Shown piece by piece: positions 1 to 9,018 of a stretch of DNA of 29,356 nt. This DNA comes from Arcobacter sp. Lineage in GTDB: Bacteria > Campylobacterota > Campylobacteria > Campylobacterales > Arcobacteraceae. Below the pieces are notes generated by a model. It was not told the DNA's origin. It did no database searches and saw only the letters and a program-made list of their open reading frames with translations. A program made the translations under genes and the position numbers. Every line of letters begins with the position of its first letter. The first letter of the stretch is position 1. The DNA lies in contig CBFIGT010000016.1 of the NCBI GenBank assembly GCA_965662175.1, forward strand, positions 1 to 29,356, read 5' to 3'.

Positions 1-212
1 AACGTACCACTGGTGAACCAATTGTTCTGCCAAGAGCATCGTTGGGTAGCTACGTACGGATGTGATAAGAGCTGAAAGCATCTAAGCTCGAAGCCAACTC
101 TAAGATGAACTTTCCCTGAAGATCCCAGCAAGACTAGCTGGTTGATAGGCTGGATGTGTAAGTGATGTAAGTCATTTAGCTGACCAGTACTAATAGATCG
201 TTTGGCTTATTT
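1..212 (+). rRNA. rrl: 23S rRNA, 3' end (partial)
   Basis: Contains conserved 23S domain VI motifs GCTGAAAGCATCTAAG, GGTTGATAGG and CTGACCAGTACTAAT. The 3' end is approximate. Confidence 0.97.
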
Positions 213-373
213 TAAACAATTCTTTGGTTTACTATCTTATTAAGTACAACACTTAATAAATATATGTGTTTATAAAGACTTTAACATTTAACTCAAGACA
301 ATTGAGTTGAGTAAAGAGCGTAAGTACTAGTTACAAATAACTAATACACCAATTACATTCTTTACTCAACTTT

Positions 374-488
374 GTTGGTGATTATTGAGAAGTGGAAATA
401 CCCGGCTCCATTCCGAACCCGGAAGTCAAGCACTTCATCGCTGATAATACTGCAGGGTCCCCTTGTGGAAACGTAAGTCGTCGCCAAC
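374..488 (+). rRNA. rrf: 5S rRNA
   Basis: Contains CCATTCCGAACCCGGAAGTCAAG and the terminal helix GTTGGTGA/TCGCCAAC. Lies directly downstream of 23S. Confidence 0.97.
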
Positions 489-505
489 TCTTGAGTATTT
501 TTTAC

Positions 506-556
506 AAAGCTTAGCTTTTTATCCTACTGCAGGATGAAGTGCTAAGCTTTTTTTTT
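506..556 (+). terminator. rrn operon intrinsic terminator
   Basis: AAAGCTTAGC...GCTAAGCTTT stem with an inner ATCCT/AGGAT stem, followed by a T-run. Confidence 0.85.
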
Positions 557-586
557 GGGCGAATTTAAATTAATATAGGAAATATT

Positions 587-724
587 ATGTCAAATAAAGA
601 ATTAAAGGTAAAATTACCTGTAATTAATAAACCGATTATGAAAAAAGTTTCTAGTTTTGTGGGTGGAAAACCATCTGTAAAATCTAAGATTGTAACTAAT
701 AAAGATGCATATAAAAGAGTTTAA
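587..724 (+). CDS. Putative small basic protein, 45 aa (MSNKELKVKLPVINKPIMKKVSSFVGGKPSVKSKIVTNKDAYKRV)
   Basis: Hand-translated from ATG 587 to TAA 722-724. AGGA Shine-Dalgarno at 577-580. Fills the gap between the terminator and the convergent gene. Absent from the ORF track, whose shortest entries are 60 aa. Confidence 0.55.
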   Translation: MSNKELKVKLPVINKPIMKKVSSFVGGKPSVKSKIVTNKDAYKRV

Positions 725-733
725 TAAATAATA

Positions 734-1195
734 CTAAATAAAGTATTGCGATATATTCATCGCATACCATATAATTGAGAAATTAAAAATAAATATAAAT
801 AGTGATGATGCTCTTGAGATAACTTTTTCTCTTTTTGTTCTTTCCCTCCCATGTGCTTTTAATGATATATACATATGAATTGCTGTAGCGCAAACAACTA
901 ATAATACAATAAAAAGTTTTCTATATAAAAGTTCACCAAATTGAGTATTTGAAAAATCACTACTAAAAAGTAAAGTATATAATTCATGTTGATTTAGTAA
1001 TAGTAAACCTGTAATTATAAGAAGAGTAATCCAAATTAGTTGAAAATATCCATAAAAAGGACCTATGTGAGAATAAATAGTTGATTGGATTTTTGGGTCT
1101 TTAAAGTATATACCCATTCCAAATAGAAATAAACCACCGCCAACCCAAGTGGCAGCGGCTATTATATGAATGAAGAGTATTATATTAGTTAGCAT
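734..1195 (-). CDS. CopD-like four-helix membrane protein
   Basis: N-terminal [11 protein letters not shown] motif is typical of the CopD-like family. About four hydrophobic segments, with His residues in or near them. Confidence 0.6.
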   Translation of the reverse strand: MLTNIILFIHIIAAATWVGGGLFLFGMGIYFKDPKIQSTIYSHIGPFYGYFQLIWITLLIITGLLLLNQHELYTLLFSSDFSNTQFGELLYRKLFIVLLVVCATAIHMYISLKAHGRERTKREKVISRASSLFIFIFNFSIIWYAMNISQYFI

Positions 1196-1700
1196 CTTTT
1201 GATGAAACTATTTCAATAGAAACAATTTTATCTTTTTGATTAATCGCATCTAGTGTTGCAAAACTTGCAGAATCTCCATCTTCGATTCCACCAAATACTG
1301 TATGTCCACCATCTAAATGAGGGCATGGTACAAAACAGATAAAAAATTGGCTTCCACCTGTATCTTTTCCTGCATGTGCCATTGATAAACTTCCTTTTTT
1401 GTGCACTTGTTTATCAGCATTTGTTTCACACTCAATAGCCCAACCAGGACCACCCATACCAGAACCTTCAGGACAACCACCTTGTGCCATAAATCCAGGT
1501 ATTACTCTATGAAAATTTAAACCATTATAAAAACTATCATTAACTAAAGTTGCAAAATTTGAAACTGCAATTGGAGTTGATTCAGGGAATAGTTTTAACC
1601 AAATAGTTCCCTTTTCTGTAGTAAGCTTTGCATATTGGAATTTTTCTAATTCCTCTTTTGGTAAATCATATTTCTTTAATTCTTTTCCGAATCCAAACAT
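1185..1700 (-). CDS. ppi: Cyclophilin-type peptidyl-prolyl cis-trans isomerase
   Basis: Motifs [29 protein letters not shown] and [10 protein letters not shown]. Confidence 0.95.
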   Translation of the reverse strand: MFGFGKELKKYDLPKEELEKFQYAKLTTEKGTIWLKLFPESTPIAVSNFATLVNDSFYNGLNFHRVIPGFMAQGGCPEGSGMGGPGWAIECETNADKQVHKKGSLSMAHAGKDTGGSQFFICFVPCPHLDGGHTVFGGIEDGDSASFATLDAINQKDKIVSIEIVSSKDAN

Positions 1701-1727
1701 TTTAATTCCTTTTAAAATTTTATTGGA

Positions 1728-1736
1728 ATTATATCA
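1728..1736 (-). promoter_or_regulatory. Extended -10 promoter for ppi
   Basis: TGATATAAT on the minus strand about 28 nt upstream of the ppi start, with an AAGGA Shine-Dalgarno in between. Confidence 0.6.
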
Positions 1737-1795
1737 ATTTAAAGTATCAATAACTTTAAAGATTGTAGCTTATATAAAAATATGGAGCATTGATA

Positions 1796-3652
1796 TTAAT
1801 CAACTTTTTTTTCTAAATAGTTTAATTTCACTAATGTATTTATTATCTCTTTAAAAACAGGAACAGCAGACCATGAAGCGTAGTGATAGTACCAATTTTT
1901 ACCTGTAGATACTGGATTAATAACAGTTACACCAATAGTATATTTATTTTTACTATCATTGGCAAAACCAAAAAAAGATGAAATATATTTTTTTAAATAT
2001 TCACCTCTTCTAGCAAATTGTGCAGTTCCTGTTTTCCCACCAACTTCTAAACCCTCTATATAAGCATTTACACCTGTACCTTTTGTTACAGTTTTAATTA
2101 ATAATCTTTTTATTTCATTTGCTGTTTTAGCTGAAATTACTTTTTTTCTAGTGTCATCATCTAAATTTAGAGTTTTATCATCTACTAATAAATTTGAGAC
2201 AATTTTTGGAGTTACCATATACCCCTCATTGTTAAAAACTGTATAAGCCTTAAGCATTTGCATAAAAGTTCCTGTCATACCTTGTCCATATGATACCGTT
2301 GCTTTAAAAACATTATCTTCATTATCTCTTTGACCAGCTGAGAATTGTTTTATACTTGGCATTTGCCCAACTCTTTCATAGGGTAAATCAATTTGTGTTT
2401 TTTTTGTTATTCCAAAGCTATGTAAGCCATTTACAAACTCTTCACCACTTAATCTTTGAGCTAGTTGTAGTGTTCCTATATTACTTGAAAAAATAAATAT
2501 ATCATCAAGTGTTAAATATCTTTTTGTAAACTGATGGTCATCACCTATAGTATATCTTCCAAGTTTATATTTACCTCTTGGGTATTCACCCTTTGAGTTT
2601 TGCTTACCACTATTGTATGCTGAAAAAAGTTCATTATTTTTGATTCTATTTTTATCCATAACTAAAGCTATAGAAATAGGTTTCATAATTGAACCTGGTT
2701 CAAATAAATACTCAATTGCACTTACATCTAAATAAGGGATATCTGTTTGTTTAATAAATTCAGGATTAAATCTATTTGAAGAGGCTAATGCTTTTATTTT
2801 ACCTGTTTCACTCTCCATAACTGAAACAATAATTTCATCAGCTTCTAGTTTCTCTTTATACTTATCTAAAATAAGCTCAATATTTCTTTGGAGTTTTAGT
2901 GGGATATTTAAGACTAAATCAGCACCATCAATTCTGTTTTGAATGATTGATTGCTTATTAAATGAGATATATGATAATACATCTCTTCTTCCTTGTAATA
3001 TACCATCTTTAGTTCTATTTAAATATGTGTTATAACTTTTTTCAAGTCCTTTTATACCATTTACTTTTGTTTTTCCATCTTCAGATTCATATTTTCTTAT
3101 ATATCCTACAACTGGAGTTAAGGTATCACTATAAGAGTATAAACGTTTCTCTCCACTCTCATTTATATTTAAACCTCTTAGGATTTTATTTTCATTTATT
3201 TGAATTGATTTAAAAACATTTAAATGTCTTAATTTAAATCCTAACTCTTTTAAGTTTTTAGCTGTTTTTGAGTCAATATTATATGATAAAACTATAGAGC
3301 CTGGGTTAGGAAGTGATTCATCAATTTTTTTTCTAATTTTACTCTCTGGAATATCACTATAAATAGAAAATAGTTTAATAAATAAATCTTTTTTATTTAA
3401 ATCTAAAAATCTAGTATCAATAGTGGCTTTATATAATTTTAATGAAGAAGAGATTTTAAAATTATCCTCACTTAGTACATTTCCTCTAATAGCAAGCTCT
3501 TTTTTACTGCTTTCTAAATTGGGCAATCTTCTTTTATCTTGAATTGTTAAAAGGACTGTTGCAAAGAGTAAGAATAGTGAAAAAAATATAAAAATAAGTA
3601 TTATAAATATTTTTTTAATTCTGGTTATTTTATTTATGTTTTTTGAAGACAT
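1796..3652 (-). CDS. ftsI: Class B penicillin-binding protein (FtsI/PBP3-type transpeptidase)
   Basis: N-terminal transmembrane segment, RGNVLS dimerisation motif, SxxK (EPGSIMK), SSN and KTGT motifs. Adjacent to ftsW. Confidence 0.85.
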   Translation of the reverse strand: MSSKNINKITRIKKIFIILIFIFFSLFLLFATVLLTIQDKRRLPNLESSKKELAIRGNVLSEDNFKISSSLKLYKATIDTRFLDLNKKDLFIKLFSIYSDIPESKIRKKIDESLPNPGSIVLSYNIDSKTAKNLKELGFKLRHLNVFKSIQINENKILRGLNINESGEKRLYSYSDTLTPVVGYIRKYESEDGKTKVNGIKGLEKSYNTYLNRTKDGILQGRRDVLSYISFNKQSIIQNRIDGADLVLNIPLKLQRNIELILDKYKEKLEADEIIVSVMESETGKIKALASSNRFNPEFIKQTDIPYLDVSAIEYLFEPGSIMKPISIALVMDKNRIKNNELFSAYNSGKQNSKGEYPRGKYKLGRYTIGDDHQFTKRYLTLDDIFIFSSNIGTLQLAQRLSGEEFVNGLHSFGITKKTQIDLPYERVGQMPSIKQFSAGQRDNEDNVFKATVSYGQGMTGTFMQMLKAYTVFNNEGYMVTPKIVSNLLVDDKTLNLDDDTRKKVISAKTANEIKRLLIKTVTKGTGVNAYIEGLEVGGKTGTAQFARRGEYLKKYISSFFGFANDSKNKYTIGVTVINPVSTGKNWYYHYASWSAVPVFKEIINTLVKLNYLEKKVD

Positions 3653-3667
3653 CTTTATCCATATTAG

Positions 3668-3675
3668 ATTATAAT
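3668..3675. promoter_or_regulatory. Overlapping bidirectional -10 boxes for ftsI and ftsW
   Basis: Palindrome ATTATAAT gives TATAAT on both strands within a 28-bp divergent gap. Confidence 0.55.
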
Positions 3676-3680
3676 GTGAT

Positions 3681-4907
3681 ATGAATTTTATCCAAAATAT
3701 GTTTAAACCTAATAAGAACTTTGTAGAACCTGATTATTTATTATTTATTTTAGCCTCTACATTGATAATTGTTAGTATAATTTTTTCTTACTCTTTGAGT
3801 GTCTATACTGTTGTTTATTATGAATATGCACAATTTCATTTTTTCTATAAACAGCTTATTGTTGGTATTTTATCAATTTTTTTAATGTGGGGAATTTCAT
3901 TTTTTAATCCTGACTATATTATTGGAAAAGTTGGAATGGCTCTTTTTATTATTTTTTTAATACTAATGATTGCAATGCCCTTTATGCCAGCCTCTTTAGT
4001 TACATCAGCAGGTGGTGCTAATAGATGGATTAGATTACCTGGTTTTTCATTATCTCCTGTTGAGTTTTTTAAAATAGGTTTTATCTATTTTCTTGCTTGG
4101 TCTTTTCATAGAAGAGTTATGGATAAACCTAGAAAAATGCAGTTAAAAGATGAAGTTATTCTTTTATTACCTTATTTTATAGCTTTTTTATTAGTGGTTT
4201 TTTTAGTAGCTTTTTTACAAAAAGATTTAGGTCAAGTTGTACTTTTAGGTCTTATTTTAGTTATTCTTTTAATATTTGCGAATAGAAGTTTTAAAATATT
4301 TTTAGCTTTAGGTTTTATGATTGTATTAGGAATGGTAAGTCTAATTTTAGCAGCACCCCATAGAATTCAAAGAATTTATTCATGGTGGGCATTAAATCAA
4401 GATAAAATCTTATCCATATTACCCTCATGGGCTGATAAACATTTAAGAATAGATGAATTACCTGAACCATATCAAGTTGCGCACTCACTTAATGCTATAC
4501 ATAATGGTGGTTTTTTTGGTACGGGTTTGGCCCAAGGGAATTTAAAGCTTGGTTTTTTATCTGAGGTACATACTGACTTTATTTTAGCTGGAATAACTGA
4601 AGAGATTGGATTTGTAGGTCTTTTTTTTGTTACATCAATTATGTTTACTATTATATGGAGAATTTTTAAAATTAGTAGAAGGGTTGATAATCCAATTTAT
4701 CATCTTTTTACTCTTGGTATTGGTCTTATGATTATTATTGCTTTTTTAATAAACTCTTACGGTATATCAGGTATGATTCCTATTAAAGGAATTGCTGTAC
4801 CATTTTTAAGTTATGGTGGTTCATCTATGCTAAGTCTTGCAATTTCCATTGGTTTAGTTTTATCAATTAGTAAATTATCAAAAAAAGAGGATGTTAAGAA
4901 GAAATGA
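3681..4907 (+). CDS. ftsW: SEDS-family peptidoglycan glycosyltransferase FtsW
   Basis: Multi-pass membrane protein with GANRWI, PVEFFK, QKDLG, EVHTDFI and PFLSYGGSS motifs. Coupled to murG. Confidence 0.92.
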   Translation: MNFIQNMFKPNKNFVEPDYLLFILASTLIIVSIIFSYSLSVYTVVYYEYAQFHFFYKQLIVGILSIFLMWGISFFNPDYIIGKVGMALFIIFLILMIAMPFMPASLVTSAGGANRWIRLPGFSLSPVEFFKIGFIYFLAWSFHRRVMDKPRKMQLKDEVILLLPYFIAFLLVVFLVAFLQKDLGQVVLLGLILVILLIFANRSFKIFLALGFMIVLGMVSLILAAPHRIQRIYSWWALNQDKILSILPSWADKHLRIDELPEPYQVAHSLNAIHNGGFFGTGLAQGNLKLGFLSEVHTDFILAGITEEIGFVGLFFVTSIMFTIIWRIFKISRRVDNPIYHLFTLGIGLMIIIAFLINSYGISGMIPIKGIAVPFLSYGGSSMLSLAISIGLVLSISKLSKKEDVKKK

Positions 4908-5938
4908 AAGGTAGTGTAGTTATTACAGGTGGCGGTACTGGAGGTCATTTAAAAGTTGCTAAGGCTTTTATAGATGAGTATAATAATCAACTTGCAATTG
5001 AACCATATTTTATAGGCTCTTCTAATGGACAAGATAAAAAATGGTTTGAACACTATTCAAAAATAAAAAAAGCCTATTTTTTAGATACTAAAGGTGTTGT
5101 AAATAAAGGTTTTTTTGGAAAAATAAAATCCCTTTTTCAAATACTAAAAGAGACAAATAAGTGTATGGATTTATTCGAAAAACTTGATGTTCAAACTGTA
5201 ATAAGTGTTGGTGGATTTTCAGCAGCACCTGCAACATTTGCAGCAATTTTAACACCAAAGTGCAAACTATATATTCATGAACAAAACTCTTATATGGGAA
5301 AATTAAATAAAATCACTTCAAGATTTGCTACTGAGGTTTTTTCCTCATATTTAGAAGAGTCAAAAATAAAAGATTATCCTGTTTCTCAAGAGTTTTTTGA
5401 TGAAGCTAGAATTAGAGAAGATGTTAAAACAGTTATATTTTTAGGTGGTTCTCAAGGGGCTGTTGCTATTAATAATTTTGCTTTAAAAGTAGCAAAATTA
5501 TTAGATGAGAGAGGAATAAAAATTATTCATCAAACGGGTACTTATGATTATGAACGAATTAAAAATGAGTATAAAAAACTAAATATAAATGTTGATGTCT
5601 TTGATTTTTCCACTGATTTAATTAAAAAAATGAGTAAGGCTGATTTGGCTGTTAGTAGAGCTGGAGCTTCTACATTATGGGAATTAACAGCTAACTCTTT
5701 GCCAACTATTTTTGTACCTTATCCTTATGCTGCACAAGATCACCAATATGGAAATGCAAAGTTTTTGGAAGAAAAAAATTTATGTTTTTTAGTTAGGGAA
5801 AAAGATTTAAATGAAGAGCTTTTATTAACAGCTATCAATAGTGATATAAAAGCTATATCAAAAGCTTTAGTTGGCCTTACAACTAATGATGCTGTTAAAA
5901 AAATGATTGAGTTTATACTATACAAAAATCAAGAGTAG
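4904..5938 (+). CDS. murG: Lipid II GlcNAc transferase MurG
   Basis: Motifs [25 protein letters not shown] and DHQ..N. ATGA overlap with ftsW. Confidence 0.97.
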   Translation: MKGSVVITGGGTGGHLKVAKAFIDEYNNQLAIEPYFIGSSNGQDKKWFEHYSKIKKAYFLDTKGVVNKGFFGKIKSLFQILKETNKCMDLFEKLDVQTVISVGGFSAAPATFAAILTPKCKLYIHEQNSYMGKLNKITSRFATEVFSSYLEESKIKDYPVSQEFFDEARIREDVKTVIFLGGSQGAVAINNFALKVAKLLDERGIKIIHQTGTYDYERIKNEYKKLNINVDVFDFSTDLIKKMSKADLAVSRAGASTLWELTANSLPTIFVPYPYAAQDHQYGNAKFLEEKNLCFLVREKDLNEELLLTAINSDIKAISKALVGLTTNDAVKKMIEFILYKNQE

Positions 5939-6685
5939 TATAAGTCCAAATACAATTCTATAAATACCAAAGGCTACAAAAGTAAAGTTTTGTAAGAATT
6001 TTAGAAATAGTTTAATAGTTAAAAATGCAACTATAAAAGATACCACAAATCCAACAGCAAGAACTAATAAATTAGCATCACTAAAATCTTTGTAGTGTTT
6101 TAATAAATCATATCCTGTAGTTGCACACATTACAGGAAAAGCTAAAAGAAATGAGAACTCAGCACTAGCACGTCTATTAAGACCTACTAACATAGCTCCA
6201 ATAATAGTAGAACCAGCTCTTGAAGTACCTGGAATTAAAGCAAAAATTTGAGCAATTCCAATCCATAAAGCTTGTTTATAAGTTACTTTTTCAACATCAT
6301 CAATATGGGATTTTGTTTCATCATAAAATTTTTCTACAACTAAAAAGATAATACCACCAACAATAAACATAATAGCTACAATCTCTATTGAAAACATTGC
6401 TTTTACCTGACTTGAAAAAATAAACCCAACAGCACCAATTGGAATAAATGCTAAAACTAGTTTTTTCCATAACTCTATTTTTTTAATAGAAAACTTATCT
6501 GGATAATTTAAAATAACAGCTAAAATTGCAGCAAATTGAATTATAACTTCATAAGCTTTTGTTACATTATTTTGTTCTAAACCTAAAAATTCACTTGCAA
6601 CAATTAGGTGTCCTGTAGATGAAATTGGAAGAAATTCTGTAAAACCCTCTATGATTCCTAAAATGACGGAGTCAAGTATTTGCAT
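5918..6685 (-). CDS. uppP: Undecaprenyl-diphosphate phosphatase (BacA/UppP)
   Basis: Motifs [14 protein letters not shown] and PGTSRAGST. Confidence 0.97.
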   Translation of the reverse strand: MQILDSVILGIIEGFTEFLPISSTGHLIVASEFLGLEQNNVTKAYEVIIQFAAILAVILNYPDKFSIKKIELWKKLVLAFIPIGAVGFIFSSQVKAMFSIEIVAIMFIVGGIIFLVVEKFYDETKSHIDDVEKVTYKQALWIGIAQIFALIPGTSRAGSTIIGAMLVGLNRRASAEFSFLLAFPVMCATTGYDLLKHYKDFSDANLLVLAVGFVVSFIVAFLTIKLFLKFLQNFTFVAFGIYRIVFGLILLLIFV

Positions 6686-6698
6686 TAAAAACCCTTAT

Positions 6699-7352
6699 TT
6701 ATATATTTTTTGAAAGTCTTAAAAAAAGTTTTAAAGCTTTTTTCTCTTTAGTATTTAGTTCGTAATCAATTTTATTCAAATATTCTAATATATTATTAAC
6801 ACTAATTCCACTCTTTTTAGAATACTCTTTTAGAATATATTGAGGAATTTTTAAACTTCTTTTATTGAAATTTTTAGTTAACTTGTTTAAATATTGACCA
6901 TGTTTATTAAAACATAATCTTGCAAATACAAAAGGTAAATGATATTTTTGATTCCAAGCTTGGGCTAAATCGATAAAACTACTTTTTTCATTTGAGTGAT
7001 AATAATTCAATGCTTTATCACCAATAATAATTTTACCATTTATTTTTAGTATTTTAGCTAAAACATTTGAGGTAGAGGATTCAAAATCTTTCTCATAATC
7101 CCCTTTAATAGCTAATACAGAAAGTACATCTTTTTTTGCGATTATTCCAAAATCTAGGGATTTTTTATTGGGAGATTCAATTGAAGAGATAAAAGCTGCA
7201 TCAATTTTTCTATTTTTTAATTTTTTGTTAATATCCGAGGGATAAGATTTTTTATAATTAATTATTGCTTTAATTTGATTAGAAGTAATGTTCTTTTTAA
7301 AGTAGACATGAAATGGTAAAAGGTTTATATAATCGATTTTTGCGAATATCAT
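6699..7352 (-). CDS. mqnA: Chorismate dehydratase MqnA (futalosine pathway of menaquinone synthesis)
   Basis: N-terminal KIDYINLLP, plus IIGDKAL and W...LPFVFA, characteristic of the MqnA/MqnD family. Confidence 0.8.
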   Translation of the reverse strand: MIFAKIDYINLLPFHVYFKKNITSNQIKAIINYKKSYPSDINKKLKNRKIDAAFISSIESPNKKSLDFGIIAKKDVLSVLAIKGDYEKDFESSTSNVLAKILKINGKIIIGDKALNYYHSNEKSSFIDLAQAWNQKYHLPFVFARLCFNKHGQYLNKLTKNFNKRSLKIPQYILKEYSKKSGISVNNILEYLNKIDYELNTKEKKALKLFLRLSKNI

Positions 7353-7381
7353 TTATTCGTTTCCTAAACTTAAAATAGTTT

Positions 7382-7390
7382 TGATATAAT
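7382..7390 (+). promoter_or_regulatory. Extended -10 promoter for moaD
   Basis: TGATATAAT about 30 nt upstream of the moaD ATG. AAGGA Shine-Dalgarno at 7409-7413. Confidence 0.6.
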
Positions 7391-7419
7391 AGTCAAAAAT
7401 TGGTAAAAAAGGATTTAAA

Positions 7420-7641
7420 ATGGTTGCAGTAGAATTTTTAGGCCCAATTAACAAGGCTCCTATTAATCTTGATATTAAAAATATATCAGAACTTAGTGTT
7501 ATATTAAAAGATGATATTGAACTTGTGAAATGGTTAGAAAATTGTGCAGTTGCGGTTAATGATACACTAATTTGCTCTAAAGATATTGATTTAAAAGATG
7601 GTGATAAAGTATCTTTATTACCTCCTGTTTGTGGTGGATGA
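7420..7641 (+). CDS. moaD: Molybdopterin synthase sulfur carrier subunit
   Basis: 73-aa ubiquitin-like protein with AVAVND and C-terminal LLPPVCGG. Adjacent to moaE. Confidence 0.93.
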   Translation: MVAVEFLGPINKAPINLDIKNISELSVILKDDIELVKWLENCAVAVNDTLICSKDIDLKDGDKVSLLPPVCGG

Positions 7642-7648
7642 TATTGTA

Positions 7649-8116
7649 ATGAAAAATGAAAATTTAATGATAAAGAATGCATTACAACTTTTTGATGGTG
7701 ATTTACCCGTTGAGAAGATTACAAATGCTTGGTATGATGAGTTTAGAAACTCTAATTATGGAGCAATAATTACTTTTGTTGGTGTTGTTAGAGATGAAGA
7801 TGGAATTGAGGGATTAAGTTTTGATATTTATGAACCTATTTTAAACTCTTGGTTTGATTCTTGGCAAAAAAGAGCTAATGAATTAAATGCAATTGTTTTG
7901 ATGGCTCACTCAAAAGGCGATGTTTTAAATCATACTAGTTCATATATTGCAGCTGTTTGTAGCCCAAAAAGAAGAGTTGCTTTGGAATTAATTGATGAGT
8001 TTGTTGAAGATTTTAAAAAATCAGCCCCTATTTGGAAATATGACATTATAAATGGAAAAAGAGAGTATGCCTTAGATAGAAGTACTAAAATAGAGGGTTC
8101 AGGAATATTAGCTTGA
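7649..8116 (+). CDS. moaE: Molybdopterin synthase catalytic subunit
   Basis: Motifs GAIITFVGVVR and FKKSAPIWK. The start is more likely ATG 7649 (or 7667) than 7598, which lies inside moaD. Confidence 0.92.
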   Translation: MKNENLMIKNALQLFDGDLPVEKITNAWYDEFRNSNYGAIITFVGVVRDEDGIEGLSFDIYEPILNSWFDSWQKRANELNAIVLMAHSKGDVLNHTSSYIAAVCSPKRRVALELIDEFVEDFKKSAPIWKYDIINGKREYALDRSTKIEGSGILA

Positions 8117-8895
8117 GAGTAGATTTACATAATCATACAACACTTTGTAATCATGCAACAGGAACTATGGAAGAGTACATTCAACGGGCAATAGAATTAA
8201 AAATAGATGTTTTTGGTTTTTCTGAACACGCTCCTATGGATTTTGATAAAAAATATAGACTTGATATAAAAGATAAAGAGTTTTATGAAAATGAAGTTAA
8301 ATTTTTAAAACAGAAATATAAACAAGAGATTGAGATTTTACTTGGCTATGAAGTTGATTTTATGCAAAATATAAAAATGCTAGATGAGATTTTAGATGCA
8401 AAAGTAGATTATCTAATTGGTTCTGTGCATTTCTTAGACTCTTGGGGTTTTGATAATCCTGAATTTATTGGTGTTTATGAAAATAAAGATATTGATAAAA
8501 TTTGGCAGGATTATTTTGATACAGTTAAAGAGTTAGCAAAATCAGCAAAGTTTGATATAGTAGGGCATATTGATTTAATAAAGATATTTAAATTTATGCC
8601 TAAAAAAGATATAAGAATAATCTGTTTAGATGCATTAAAAGAGATAAAAAAATCAAATATGTGTATTGAAATCAATGCAGCAGGATTTAGAAAGCCAATA
8701 AATGAACCATATCCCTCAAAATCAATTTTAGAGTTAATTTATGATTTGGATATACCTATTACTTTTAGTTCAGATGCCCATAGTGTAGAACAAGTTGGTT
8801 ATATGTATGATGATGTTTTAAGTATAGCAAAAGAGATGGGATTTTCTAAAGTTGCTACTTTTAATAATAGAGATAGGAAACTGGTTAGTTTTTAG
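8113..8895 (+). CDS. hisJ: PHP-family histidinol-phosphatase (HisJ/HisK type)
   Basis: Metal-binding motifs DLHNHT..CNHA, SEH, GSVH, GHID and SDAH. TTG start overlaps the moaE stop. Confidence 0.85.
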   Translation: MRVDLHNHTTLCNHATGTMEEYIQRAIELKIDVFGFSEHAPMDFDKKYRLDIKDKEFYENEVKFLKQKYKQEIEILLGYEVDFMQNIKMLDEILDAKVDYLIGSVHFLDSWGFDNPEFIGVYENKDIDKIWQDYFDTVKELAKSAKFDIVGHIDLIKIFKFMPKKDIRIICLDALKEIKKSNMCIEINAAGFRKPINEPYPSKSILELIYDLDIPITFSSDAHSVEQVGYMYDDVLSIAKEMGFSKVATFNNRDRKLVSF

Positions 8896-8980
8896 ACTGT
8901 AGAATAATTATCAAATGTTTCAGTTATTTATAAAATGTTTATTTTTTATACAAGTTTATTGTGACTTATAAACTTTATTT

Positions 8981-8989
8981 TGATAGAAT
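8981..8989 (+). promoter_or_regulatory. Probable extended -10 promoter for glnA
   Basis: TGATAGAAT about 30 nt upstream of the ATG. AGGAG Shine-Dalgarno at 9007-9011. Confidence 0.5.
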
Positions 8990-9018
8990 AATTCAAATCA
9001 AATATCAGGAGATAATAT

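Noticed and set aside
105..130. Apparent lack of 23S helix 98
   Set aside because: This helix is variable and absent in many bacterial lineages, so it is not novel.
3025..3213. 62-aa + strand ORF within ftsI
   Set aside because: It is an antisense shadow ORF with no recognisable motif.
7598..7648. Upstream extension of moaE in the ORF track
   Set aside because: It overlaps the moaD 3' end. ATG 7649 or 7667 is more plausible.
7353..7682. 109-aa - strand ORF over moaD
   Set aside because: It is antisense to a well-supported moaD and its promoter.
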